Assembly (NCBI GenBank): GCA_963817385.1
Contig: CAWFOM010000020.1
Location: 1-64,000, forward strand
From: an uncultured delta proteobacterium
Lineage (GTDB): Bacteria > Desulfobacterota > Syntrophia > Syntrophales > UBA5619
DNA length: 64,000 nt
Direction: 5' to 3'
The position numbers and the translations under genes are program-made. Under the pieces are notes generated by a model. The model saw only the letters and a list, made by a program, of their open reading frames with translations, was not told the origin of the DNA and did no database searches. Shown here piece by piece: positions 28,359 to 38,366 of the stretch (the stretch's first letter is position 1; each line of letters opens with the position of its first letter).

Positions 28359-29828
28359 ATGGTTATTGAGAGCGCACTACCCCTTTTGCCGATCGGCATT
28401 GTTCTCATCGTCTCCATTCTCATCATGGTTTCGGGGAAGCGGCCGAATCTGCGGGAGTTCTGGTCCGTTGCCGGCGCAGTGCTGACCTTCATTTCCGTGG
28501 CGGCCATGGTTCCCACGATCTGGCAGGGCGGCCGTATCGTGTATACCCTCTCCGCCATCGCCCCGGGCATCAACCTGAATTTCCGGGTGGACGCCCTCTC
28601 GCTCATCTTCGGTATCGTTTCGTCATTTCTGTGGATATTTGCCTCCATCTACAACATCGGCTACATGCGGAGCCTGAACGAGCATGCCCAGACACGGTAC
28701 TACACCTGCTTTGCCGCTGCGATCGTCGGAGCGCAGGGTGTTTCCTATTCGGGCGGTCTCTTCTCCCTCTATCTCTTCTACGAGATCATCACCCTCTTTA
28801 CCTATCCGCTGGTGGCCCACCATCAGGATGAGGAGGGGTATGCGGGGGCAAAGAAATACCTGGTGTATCTCATGGGGACGTCGAAGGGGTTGCTCCTTCC
28901 CGCCCTTATCCTGACCTATGTGATGACCGGGACGCTGGATTTTGCCGACAATATCCGTACCGGCATCTTCCCCGCCACGGCCGATCATCTCTGGATCACC
29001 GTAACCTACGTGCTCTTCATCGCCGGGTTTGCCAAGGCCGCCATCATGCCCTTCCACAACTGGCTGCCTTCGGCCATGGTCGCCCCGACGCCGGTCAGCG
29101 CCCTGCTGCATGCGGTTGCCGTGGTGAAGGCCGGCGTTTTCTGTATCTCCCGGGTCATGCTCTCCACCTTCGGGACCAATTGCCTTCAGGAGCTGGGGAT
29201 CGGTCTTATCACGGCCTACGTCGTATCCTTCACGATCCTGGCGGCCTCCATCATCGCCCTCACGAAGGACGACCTGAAGGCGCGGCTGGCCTATTCCACG
29301 GTCAGTCAGCTGTCGTACATCATCCTCGGGGTGGCCCTTCTCGACAATACGGGCGTGCTGGGCGGGATCATCCATATCGTCAATCACGGTTTCAGCAAGA
29401 TCACGCTCTTCTTCTGCGCCGGGGCCATCTATGTGGCCCACCATAAGAAGAAGATCAGCGACATGGCGGGGATCGGATACGCAATGCCCTTTACGATGGG
29501 GGCCTTTGCCCTGGCTTCGCTCAGCATGATCGGCGCGCCGCCGGTCGCCGGTTTCGTGACGAAGTGGTACCTGCTCAACGGCGCCCTCGAGATCAGGAAC
29601 ATCCCGATCCTCATCGTGCTGATGGCGAGCACGATCCTGAACGCCGGGTATTTCGTCCCCATCACCATCCGGGCTTTTTTTGAAGGAAAAAAAGAACGGT
29701 GGAGCAGAAAAGATATTCAGGAGGCGCCCATGACGATGGTCGTGCCCATCGTACTGGCGTCCCTCATCTCGCTTCTTCTCGGCGTGTATCCCGACTTCTT
29801 TGTAGGGCTCATCGGGAAGCTATTTTAG
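28359..29828 (+). CDS. MrpD/NuoL-like proton-conducting antiporter subunit
   Basis: FYE, KAAIMPFHNWLPSAMVAPTPVSALLHA, LAYSTVSQ; 489 aa, lacks the long NuoL C-terminal helix. Confidence 0.88.
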   Translation: MVIESALPLLPIGIVLIVSILIMVSGKRPNLREFWSVAGAVLTFISVAAMVPTIWQGGRIVYTLSAIAPGINLNFRVDALSLIFGIVSSFLWIFASIYNIGYMRSLNEHAQTRYYTCFAAAIVGAQGVSYSGGLFSLYLFYEIITLFTYPLVAHHQDEEGYAGAKKYLVYLMGTSKGLLLPALILTYVMTGTLDFADNIRTGIFPATADHLWITVTYVLFIAGFAKAAIMPFHNWLPSAMVAPTPVSALLHAVAVVKAGVFCISRVMLSTFGTNCLQELGIGLITAYVVSFTILAASIIALTKDDLKARLAYSTVSQLSYIILGVALLDNTGVLGGIIHIVNHGFSKITLFFCAGAIYVAHHKKKISDMAGIGYAMPFTMGAFALASLSMIGAPPVAGFVTKWYLLNGALEIRNIPILIVLMASTILNAGYFVPITIRAFFEGKKERWSRKDIQEAPMTMVVPIVLASLISLLLGVYPDFFVGLIGKLF

Positions 29829-29842
29829 ATGAGAGGTTTACC

Positions 29843-30091
29843 ATGACTGTATTGAACGCCATTGAATACTTGAGAAGAAATTCCGCCCTTCTGAAGAAGG
29901 CCTTTTTTCTCTTCCTGGGGGCGTTGGTTTTACTGGATGTTTTTTTGCCGCGGGAGAATGCCCACTACTTCGTGGATACCATTTATGCCTTCTGGACGCT
30001 CTTTTCCCTGGTGGGTTGCTTTCTCCTCATCAAGGTAAGCAAAGGCATCGCGCATATGTTTTTGAGCAAGGACGAGGATTATTATGGATAG
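29843..30091 (+). CDS. Small 2-TM membrane subunit of the complex I-like operon
   Basis: 82 aa, GAGG RBS, two hydrophobic segments, stop overlaps the next gene. Confidence 0.7.
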   Translation: MTVLNAIEYLRRNSALLKKAFFLFLGALVLLDVFLPRENAHYFVDTIYAFWTLFSLVGCFLLIKVSKGIAHMFLSKDEDYYG

Positions 30092-31842
30092 TTGGATACA
30101 TCCGGCGCTGTTCTTTTTCCTGGGAGCCTTGCTCCTGCCCCTCTTCAAGGGGAAGGCAAAGAAGGGGTTTATCCTCCTTATTCCCGTTGGTGCCATTGTG
30201 TCCGTAGCGCTTGCCCGGTACGGCATGTACGGGGGGTACCATTTTCTCGGCGCGCAGGGTCTGTTCGGCCGGGTCGACAAACTGAGCATGGTCTTTGCCT
30301 GGGTATTCGTCATCATGGCCTTCCTGGGCGCCCTCTATGCCCTGCACCGGGAGGAAGACGGGCACCACATGGCCGGTTTCTTCTATGTGGGGAGCTCCCT
30401 GGGGGCGGTCTTCGCCGGCGATTACCTTACCCTCTTCATCTTCTGGGAGATCATGGCCTTCTCTTCCGTCTTTCTCATCTGGTACCGGAAGGGGAAAAAA
30501 GCGATCGAGGCCGGTTTCCGCTATCTCCTGTTTCACGTCTTCGGCGGGACTCCTGTTCTTTACCGGGATGATGCTCTATTACTACAAGACCGGGAGCTTC
30601 GTCTTCGACAGCATCCTTCCCGCCAACGCCTCCTGGCCGGAGTACCTGATTCTCGCCGGGTTTGCCCTGAACGCCGCGGTGCTGCCGCTCCACGCGTGGC
30701 TGCCCGATGCGTATCCGGAGGCGACTGTGGAGGGGGCCGTCTTTCTCTGCGCCTTCACCACCAAAACGGCGGTCTACGTCCTGGCCAGGGGTTTTTCCGG
30801 CTTTGAGATCCTCGCCATCATGGGAACGGCCATGACCGTGTTCGGCGTCTGCTACGCCGTCATCGAAAACGACATCCGCCGCGTCCTTGCCTATCACATC
30901 ATCAGCCAGGTCGGCTACATGGTGGCCGGCGTCGGCATCGGCACCGCGATGGCCGTCAACGGCGCCGCGGCCCATGCCTTTGCCCACATCCTCTACAAGG
31001 CGCTTCTCTTCATGGGCGCCGGGTCCGTGCTGTACGTGACGGGGACGGCGAAACTCTCCCGCCTCGGCGGGCTGTACAAGTACATGCCGCTCACGATGAT
31101 CTTCTATGTCGTGGGCGCCGTCTCGATTTCGGGGTTCCCCCTGTTCAGCGGGTTTGTGAGCAAATCGATGATCGTCTCCGCGGCGCATCATGAGGGAAGG
31201 ATCTGGCTCATGCAGCTCCTCAATCTGGCGGGCATCGGTACCTTCCTTTCCGTGGGATTGAAGGTCACCTACTTTGCGTTCTTCGGCAAGGAGGCGGCGG
31301 AGCCTCTCAATGCCAAGGAACCGCCGCTCAACATGCTCTGGGCCATGGGACTCACGGCGCTTCTCTGTTTCATCATCGGCGTCTTCCCGCAGACCCTGTA
31401 TGTTCTTCTGCCGTTCCCGGTGGAGTACCACCCCTACAACCTTGCCCACCTCTCCGAGGTGATGCAGATCCTTGCCTTTACCGGGCTTGTCTTCTACCTG
31501 ATGGTGAAGAAACTTACACCGGAGGCGAAGATGAACCTCGACGTGGATTGGTTCTATCGCAAGGGCGCGCTGCTTTTCCTCAAGTTCGACGAAAAGGTCA
31601 TCGCCCCGTTCGATACGTTCTGGGGCGAGCTTTACCGCACCCTGGGGCTCCGCGCGCTGTTCAAGAATGCCGAGCTCTCCTACACCTTCGACCGGAAGGC
31701 GATCGACGGGGTCGTCGACGGCTCGGCATATTCCGTCATGGATTTCGGCTCTGTCGTGAAAAAGATGCAGACGGGAAGGATCCAGACGTACATCGGGCTT
31801 TCGCTTTTCCTGTTTTTTACGCTCCTGTGGCTGATTTTATAG
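30084..31842 (+). CDS. Second MrpD-like (Na+/H+ antiporter subunit D family) subunit, +1 frameshift at about 30547
   Basis: ORF 30084.. (FWEIMA, RYLLFHVFGG) continues in the frame of 30295..31842 (LLFFTG, PLHAWLPDAYPEA, LAYHIISQ) if one G is removed from GGCGGGACTC. Confidence 0.88.
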
Positions 31843-31884
31843 GTGCATGACACGCCGATTTCGCTGCACGAAGGCTTTTAAGGA

Positions 31885-33378
31885 ATGGAGACCATGTCAC
31901 AATACTTGATCATGAATCCCTTCGGGTTCCCCATACTTTCCACGGTGATCTTTCTCCCCCTGGTGGGGGTGCTCCTCATTCTTTTGATGAGGGATGAAAA
32001 CAGGATCAAGATTACGGCCTTCGTCGCGGGCATGCTCACGCTCATCGTCTCGCTGGCGCTTTTTTTCAACTTTGACGCCCGTACGCCGCTCTTCCAGTTC
32101 GGCGAGCGCCTCGCCTGGATCCCGGCCTATAATATCAACTATGTCCTGGGGGTTGACGGCATCTCGATCATGCTGATCGTCCTGACGGCCATGATCTCGC
32201 CGATCTGCGTCCTTTGCTCCTGGAAGGCGATCGAGAAGCGGGTGAAGGAATTCATGATCTGCATCCTGCTCATGGAGACGGCGATGATCGGCGTCTTCTG
32301 CTCGCTTGATTTCATCCTGTTTTACGTTTTCTGGGAGGCCATGCTCATCCCGATGTACCTCCTCATCGCCGTCTGGGGCGGGCCGCAGAAGGATTACGCA
32401 TCGCTCAAGTTCTTCATCTACACCCTGTTCGGCAGCGTCTTTCTCCTGGTCGCCATCATCGCCCTCTATCTGGCGAACGGCACGTTCAGCATCCCCGAAG
32501 CGATGTTCAAAGGCTACAGCTTCCCCTTCCAGTTCTGGGTGTTCTTGGCCTTTGCCATTGCCTTCGCGATCAAGGTGCCCATGTTTCCGTTTCACACCTG
32601 GTTGCCGGCCGCCCACACGGAAGCGCCGACGGCGGGCAGCGTGTTCCTGGCGAGCATCCTCCTGAAGATGGGCACCTACGGGTTCATCCGGTTTTGCCTG
32701 CCCATCGTTCCCCAGGCCAGTTTCTATTTCGCCCCCTTCATGGTTGTCCTCTCCATTATCGCCATCATCTACGGGGGCTTCGTCTGCCTGAGCCAGACGG
32801 ACATGAAAAAACTGATCGCCTATTCGAGCGTGGCCCATATGGGCTTCGTGACCCTGGGCATATTCACCTTTACCATCTATGGTTTTGTGGGCGCCATGCT
32901 CCAGATGCTCAACCACGGCATCACGACGGGCGCGCTCTTCCTCATGGTGGGCATCATCTACGAACGCACGCACAGCCGCCAGATCTACGACAATGCCGGG
33001 CTCGGAAAGTTCCTGCCCGTGTATGTGGGATTCTTCGGCCTGTTTGCCGTCTCCTCCTTTGCCTTTCCCGGGACGAACAGTTTTGTGGGCGAGCTGTATG
33101 TCCTCATCAGCACCTTTGCCGGCAGCAAGATTGCCGGTTTCTTCGCCGTGATCGGAGCGGTGGTGGCGGCCGCCTACATGCTGAAACTCCTCAAACAGAT
33201 CGTCTGGGGCAGGGAAGACAAAAGGGACTTGAAAGACTTGAACGCAAGGGAAATTATCTATCTGCTGCCGCTTGCCGTTTTCGTCTTCTGGGTGGGGCTT
33301 TTCCCCCGTCCCTTCGTTCAGGTTATGGAAACCACACTGGTGAATCTCCATATGCACCTTAATAAATTATCCCATTAA
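31885..33378 (+). CDS. nuoM: NADH-quinone oxidoreductase subunit M
   Basis: GVDGIS, FWEAMLIPM, KVPMFPFHTWLP, LLKMG, IAYSSVAHMG. Confidence 0.95.
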   Translation: METMSQYLIMNPFGFPILSTVIFLPLVGVLLILLMRDENRIKITAFVAGMLTLIVSLALFFNFDARTPLFQFGERLAWIPAYNINYVLGVDGISIMLIVLTAMISPICVLCSWKAIEKRVKEFMICILLMETAMIGVFCSLDFILFYVFWEAMLIPMYLLIAVWGGPQKDYASLKFFIYTLFGSVFLLVAIIALYLANGTFSIPEAMFKGYSFPFQFWVFLAFAIAFAIKVPMFPFHTWLPAAHTEAPTAGSVFLASILLKMGTYGFIRFCLPIVPQASFYFAPFMVVLSIIAIIYGGFVCLSQTDMKKLIAYSSVAHMGFVTLGIFTFTIYGFVGAMLQMLNHGITTGALFLMVGIIYERTHSRQIYDNAGLGKFLPVYVGFFGLFAVSSFAFPGTNSFVGELYVLISTFAGSKIAGFFAVIGAVVAAAYMLKLLKQIVWGREDKRDLKDLNAREIIYLLPLAVFVFWVGLFPRPFVQVMETTLVNLHMHLNKLSH

Positions 33379-33390
33379 GGGGTTGACCCG

Positions 33391-34776
33391 ATGATGCTGC
33401 TTCCTGAAATATACCTGTTTTTATTTTCCGTTTTCTTTCTCTTCCTTTCCGTGGGGAAGAAGAAGTTCTCCGTTTTTACCGCGGCAAAGGTACTTGCCCT
33501 GGTGGGCTTTGCCGTCACCCTGGCCTGCGCGGGCGCACGGGGAGAGCTCTTTGCCTCGGCCTACCAGGTGGATTTTTTCTCCCAGGTATTCAAGGTGTTG
33601 CTCTCCACGGGATTTACCCTGGTCGTCTTCATGTTCGAGCGGGAGGATGAAGTCGATAACTTATCTGAATATTTCATGTTTCTTGGTTTTTCGACCCTGG
33701 GTCTGATGATCCTTGTCAGTTCGGTGGAGCTGATTTCCATCGTCATCTCCCTGGAAATTTCCTCGTTCAGCCTCTATGCGATCGTTCCGCTCAGGAAGGC
33801 CCAGACAAAGTTGCAGCTTGAAGCGGCAATGAAATATCTCTTTTTCGGCGCCATTTCGACGGGCATCATGCTGTACGGCATGGGCTATCTTTACGGCGTG
33901 GCGCATTCAACGTATCTTGCGGAGATCTTTGCAACATGGACGAATCTTCTCTCCAAGCCGCTCGGGGTGCTGGCATTGATCCTTACCCTGACGGCTTTTT
34001 TCTTTAAGCTTTCTCTTTTCCCTCTCCATTTCTGGGCGCCGGACATCTACGAAGGCGCATCCGATGCCACGACCACGTTTATCGCGACGATTCCCAAGAT
34101 CGCCGCGACGGCCCTGCTCATCAGACTGGCCATGCTCTCCTCGCTTGCGCCGGTGCAACTGGCGACGGTCATCATTGTTCTCGCCGCTTTTTCCATGACC
34201 ATCGGCAACCTGGTGGGGCTTGTCCAGACGGATGTGAAGAGGCTGCTCGCCTATTCGGGAATCGCCCACGCGGGCTACCTGATGATGGGTCTCCTCTCCT
34301 TCAACGATGAAGGGAATGCAGCGGTCATCTACTATATTACCGTTTATCTCTTCATGAATCTTGGCCTGTTCTATGTGGTCATGCTCCTGGCGCGCAGGGG
34401 GAACAATGTCTCGATAAACGACCTGAGCGGTCTTGCCCGAAGGTCGCCCCTGCTGGCCCTGACCCTCGCCGTCGCCGCCTTCTCGCTGGCGGGGATTCCC
34501 CCAACGGGCGGTTTCACCGGCAAGTTCTTTCTGTTTGTCAACGCCTTCAAGGCGGGGTATCTCACCATCGTCATTATCGCCGCCGTCAATACGGTCATAT
34601 CCATCTTCTACTACCTCAACCTCGTGAGGATCGGCTATTCCCGCGAGTCGACGGATCTGCAACCGCTCAGCCTGGCCTTTCATGAAAAGGTGCTCTGCTA
34701 TGTCTTCAATGTCATCATCATTCTCCTGGGCCTTCTCCCCTTCGGCATCCTCGATCTCTTCCGCCGCGCCATGTAG
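33391..34776 (+). CDS. nuoN: NADH-quinone oxidoreductase subunit N
   Basis: EAAMKY, FKLSLFPLHFWAPDIYEG, LAYSGIAHAG, SLAGIPP. Confidence 0.95.
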   Translation: MMLLPEIYLFLFSVFFLFLSVGKKKFSVFTAAKVLALVGFAVTLACAGARGELFASAYQVDFFSQVFKVLLSTGFTLVVFMFEREDEVDNLSEYFMFLGFSTLGLMILVSSVELISIVISLEISSFSLYAIVPLRKAQTKLQLEAAMKYLFFGAISTGIMLYGMGYLYGVAHSTYLAEIFATWTNLLSKPLGVLALILTLTAFFFKLSLFPLHFWAPDIYEGASDATTTFIATIPKIAATALLIRLAMLSSLAPVQLATVIIVLAAFSMTIGNLVGLVQTDVKRLLAYSGIAHAGYLMMGLLSFNDEGNAAVIYYITVYLFMNLGLFYVVMLLARRGNNVSINDLSGLARRSPLLALTLAVAAFSLAGIPPTGGFTGKFFLFVNAFKAGYLTIVIIAAVNTVISIFYYLNLVRIGYSRESTDLQPLSLAFHEKVLCYVFNVIIILLGLLPFGILDLFRRAM

Positions 34777-34907
34777 GGACTGGCTCTCGGGCAGACCGGA
34801 ATTGCCGTGTCATTAACACACTTACACACGTAACACGTGCTGTGTAAAAGTCAGACAGGGGCCTTTGTCTGTCGGATGCCGGTAAGCAGTCGCAAAGGGA
34901 AACGGTC

Positions 34908-37418
34908 GTGAAGAAAAATCTGGTCACCATCATACTAACCACGGGAGCTTTGCTGGCCGTTTTCTTCATGGTTTTTCAACTCCACAAGATGAGCAAGGAA
35001 AAAGTTCTCGCCCAGTTTAACGAACACCAACTCCAGATTGCCAAGCAGGTCGCCGGCCAAACCGAATCATACTTCCGTTCCTGTTCCCAGGATCTCCTGT
35101 GGCTTTCCTCTCATGCCTACTTGCAAGGCACTGACAGGAAGAAGATGGTTGCCGATGTCCAGGCCAATTTCGAACGCATGATGAGGAATCACGTCAAAGA
35201 GATATGGCTTCTCGACGATAGGGGAACCGTCACCTATTCCACAACCGTGAGCGCCATCGGAGCAAATCATTTCCGATCGGATTTCTTCTCTTGGGCAAGG
35301 AACCAGGGAAGCAGGGGAGCGGTTTGGGCGGGGTACGGGCAGGCTGACAGAGAGCGCATACACACGACCGCGGGAAGCCCTACACCGAACTTTCCTGAGA
35401 TACTCTTCGTTACCCCCCTGTATCGGGACCCCGCCGACCGCAATGACCAAAATACGAGGGGGAATTTCGGCGGTGCTCTCCTGTTTACCGTCGATCTGAA
35501 GAAAATGCTGGACGATCGGTCGCTCTTCTTCAGTCCAGCGACGAAGATGCACAAGTTATGGATTATGGATCGGGGTGGGATGCTGTTACTGCAATCCGAG
35601 CACCCGGCGATGGTGACGAAGAACATTCGGGAAAGGGATGCTACCTGCAGTCAATGTCACCCATCCTTCGACTACATGGAAAAAATGCTGGGGAAAATGG
35701 AGGGCGCTACAGAATACCAGTTGAAGGGAAACAAAAGGATGGTCGCGGCCTTTACGACGATGTCATTTGAGAAAATCTCATGGATCATCGTGACGAGTGC
35801 ATCGTTTGACGAAGTGGACGCTTTCGTATCGGAACATTTCAAAGACACCATCGTTCTCCTTGGCATCGTGGCGCTCGTTCTGGGCCTCGCATTCTTCTCC
35901 GCGTACGGGAACTATCGCCGGAGAGTGGATGGCGAAATGGAGGTGAAGCGGTTACGGGAGAACCAGAAACTCACGGAAGAACTGCAGCGGAACCGTGAAA
36001 GCACTGAACGCCTGACCGGAGAGATGATTGTCATCGCCGAGATCGGACGGGTGATCAATTCCAGTCTGAACATCGATGAGGTGTACGAACGGTTCGCTGC
36101 CGAGACCCGGAAGCTCATCCCGTTTGACAGGCTTAACATTAATCTCAACAATCTTCATGAGCAAACCACGACCATCGCCTATGTTTCCGGGACGGATGTC
36201 CCCGGGCGAGGGCAGGGAGATTCTTTTCCTCTGGCGGGGTCGTTGACTGAAACCCTCATCAGCACGCGGTCCGGCCAGATCATTCTGCCGGAAAGCGTTG
36301 AGGGGAAAATGCGCGAATATCCCCATCTTTTTTTCAGTGTTCGCGAAGGGATGCGTTCGATAATGAGCGTACCCTTGATCTCTCGGGACGAGGTGATCGG
36401 CGCCCTGCACTTCCGAGCGAAAAAGCCGGATGCTTACACCGAGACGGACCTCCGATTGGCGGAAAGCGTCGGGAAGCAGATTGCCGGGGCGATAGCCAAT
36501 GCGCAGCTTTATACCGACCTTAAGGAAACGGAAAAGTCGCTTCGTGAGAGCGAGGTGCGGTTCCGGAACCTCTTCGAGCAGGCGGCGGTGGGTGTGGCCG
36601 AGATCGAGATCAGGACGGGCCGTTTCTTCACAATTAACCGGCGCTTTTGCGAGCTTGTCGGCAGAACGGAGGAGGAGATGCTGGCCACCACCTTCCAGGC
36701 GATCACCCATCCGGAGGACCTCCATCTGCATGAGGAGAAAACGGCGCAACTGTTGGCCGGAAAGATCAGAAACTACGACTTGGAGAAGCGATATATTCGT
36801 AAGGACGGAACGATCATCTGGGTGCATATCACGGTCTCGCCACTCTGGAGGCCGGGGGAAGCGACCGGGCGACATATCACCGTGGTTGAGGACATCTCCG
36901 AGCGCAAGCGGATGGAGGAGGAGCTGCGAGAGATGTCCCTCCGAGACGGGCTGACGGGACTCTACAACCGGCGTGGCTTTATCACCCTTGCAGAGCAGCA
37001 GTTTAAAACCGCAAACAGGGCAAAACGGCAGATGCGGCTCGTGTTCATCGATTGTGATGGCCTGAAATTGATCAACGATACTCTGGGCCATGAAGAAGGG
37101 GACAAGACTCTGATCGACGCGACAAATGTTCTCAGGCAGACTTTCCGGGAATCGGATATCGTCGCCCGCTTAGGAGGGGACGAGTTTGCCGTCCTTGCCA
37201 TCGACATTGCGGAATTGAATCCTGAAGATTTTTCGAAACGTTTTCAGCAAAATATCGATGCGTTTAATGAAAAGGAAACCCGGCCATACAGGCTCGCTAT
37301 GAGCTGGGGCACTACCATCTATGATCCTGCATCACCGATGACTCTGGACCAGCTTATGTCGGCAGCAGATGAGTTGATGTACACTCAGAAAAAGACCAAA
37401 CCGAATAAAAGAAATTGA
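34908..37418 (+). CDS. Membrane diguanylate cyclase (Cache-like periplasmic domain with CxxCH, GAF, PAS, GGDEF)
   Basis: Two TM helices flank a periplasmic domain containing CSQCH; GAF; PAS/PAC (THPED, RKDG); DGLTGLYNRRG, RESD I-site, GGDEF. Confidence 0.92.
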   Translation: MKKNLVTIILTTGALLAVFFMVFQLHKMSKEKVLAQFNEHQLQIAKQVAGQTESYFRSCSQDLLWLSSHAYLQGTDRKKMVADVQANFERMMRNHVKEIWLLDDRGTVTYSTTVSAIGANHFRSDFFSWARNQGSRGAVWAGYGQADRERIHTTAGSPTPNFPEILFVTPLYRDPADRNDQNTRGNFGGALLFTVDLKKMLDDRSLFFSPATKMHKLWIMDRGGMLLLQSEHPAMVTKNIRERDATCSQCHPSFDYMEKMLGKMEGATEYQLKGNKRMVAAFTTMSFEKISWIIVTSASFDEVDAFVSEHFKDTIVLLGIVALVLGLAFFSAYGNYRRRVDGEMEVKRLRENQKLTEELQRNRESTERLTGEMIVIAEIGRVINSSLNIDEVYERFAAETRKLIPFDRLNINLNNLHEQTTTIAYVSGTDVPGRGQGDSFPLAGSLTETLISTRSGQIILPESVEGKMREYPHLFFSVREGMRSIMSVPLISRDEVIGALHFRAKKPDAYTETDLRLAESVGKQIAGAIANAQLYTDLKETEKSLRESEVRFRNLFEQAAVGVAEIEIRTGRFFTINRRFCELVGRTEEEMLATTFQAITHPEDLHLHEEKTAQLLAGKIRNYDLEKRYIRKDGTIIWVHITVSPLWRPGEATGRHITVVEDISERKRMEEELREMSLRDGLTGLYNRRGFITLAEQQFKTANRAKRQMRLVFIDCDGLKLINDTLGHEEGDKTLIDATNVLRQTFRESDIVARLGGDEFAVLAIDIAELNPEDFSKRFQQNIDAFNEKETRPYRLAMSWGTTIYDPASPMTLDQLMSAADELMYTQKKTKPNKRN

Positions 37419-37516
37419 AAGACTCTTACCAATCCGGGAAGTGCCGTTAAGAGCCCGCCTCCGATTATTTCAGGAGCTCCGCCGCTTGGAGCGTCCAGCC
37501 TGTCTTATTAATACGT

Positions 37517-38353
37517 TCAGCTTAACAGGACATAAACGGCCTGGATGAGCGCCCAGCCGAGGGTCGCTACGGTCATGAGGATACTCGTCGTTCCCAGGAA
37601 GCGGTGGATGAATCGCTCCCTTATCCGTTCCTGGTATCCCGCAAGGAAGGCGATCAGGATGCCGGAGACGAGTCCTCCCCCGTGCGCCCAGTTGTTGATC
37701 CCGGGAAAGAAGAGTCCGAACAGGACGAGACCCACGACCCACCCCATCGCCTGGCGGTAGATCTGCTCCCCATAGAACCCTCCCCGGCTCTTGCCGTAGT
37801 AGAGGATGGCGCCGATCATCCCGCAGATGGAGGCGGAGGCCCCGATCGTGAAGGGGACGCCGGCCAGATAGGAGAGATAGAAGCCCGCGATCCCGGTCCA
37901 GGTGTAGAGGATCGCGAAGCGGTGGAAACCGAATTCGTCCAGGACGAAGGGGGCGAGCTGCCTCAGGGCCATCATGTTGAAGAAGAGGTGGAGGATGCTC
38001 CCGTGGAGGAAGGAGGCCGAGATCAGGGTCCACCAGCGGCCGTAGGCGGCGATCGGCAGGGTTCCTGTCGCGCCGAGGAGGAAGATGCTCGGGTCCGAGG
38101 GCGACAGGAAGGTCATAGGGTTTGCCGACAGGCCGAGGGCGCCCGGGTTCAGGAGAAGCGAGAAGAGATAGAAGGCGGCATTGACGGCGATGATCGCCTT
38201 GACCGGGTCGAGACCGAGCAGGGAAAATCCGTCGAAGACGCCCCGTTTCCAGCGGGAACCCGGGTGGGCCATCCCACAGTAGGGGCAAGCCGGCTCGTCG
38301 CTGCTGATGAGCTTCCGGCAGTTTGGGCAGAGAATCGATTTCTTCTCGATCAT
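37517..38353 (-). CDS. Rhomboid intramembrane serine protease with N-terminal zinc ribbon
   Basis: CPNC..CPYC; FLH..LHLFFNM, GAS (catalytic Ser), AHGGG (catalytic His). Confidence 0.92.
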   Translation of the reverse strand: MIEKKSILCPNCRKLISSDEPACPYCGMAHPGSRWKRGVFDGFSLLGLDPVKAIIAVNAAFYLFSLLLNPGALGLSANPMTFLSPSDPSIFLLGATGTLPIAAYGRWWTLISASFLHGSILHLFFNMMALRQLAPFVLDEFGFHRFAILYTWTGIAGFYLSYLAGVPFTIGASASICGMIGAILYYGKSRGGFYGEQIYRQAMGWVVGLVLFGLFFPGINNWAHGGGLVSGILIAFLAGYQERIRERFIHRFLGTTSILMTVATLGWALIQAVYVLLS

Positions 38354-38366
38354 GGCGGAATTCCGT

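Noticed and set aside
31897..33357. 486 aa minus-strand ORF (also 25250..26263, 28623..29444, 30475..31449)
   Set aside because: Antisense shadows of nuo/mrp genes.
34870..34905. c-di-GMP-I riboswitch before the DGC (CGCAAAG seen)
   Set aside because: The GGCAAACC..GAAA..GG P2 stem and the P3 stem are missing.
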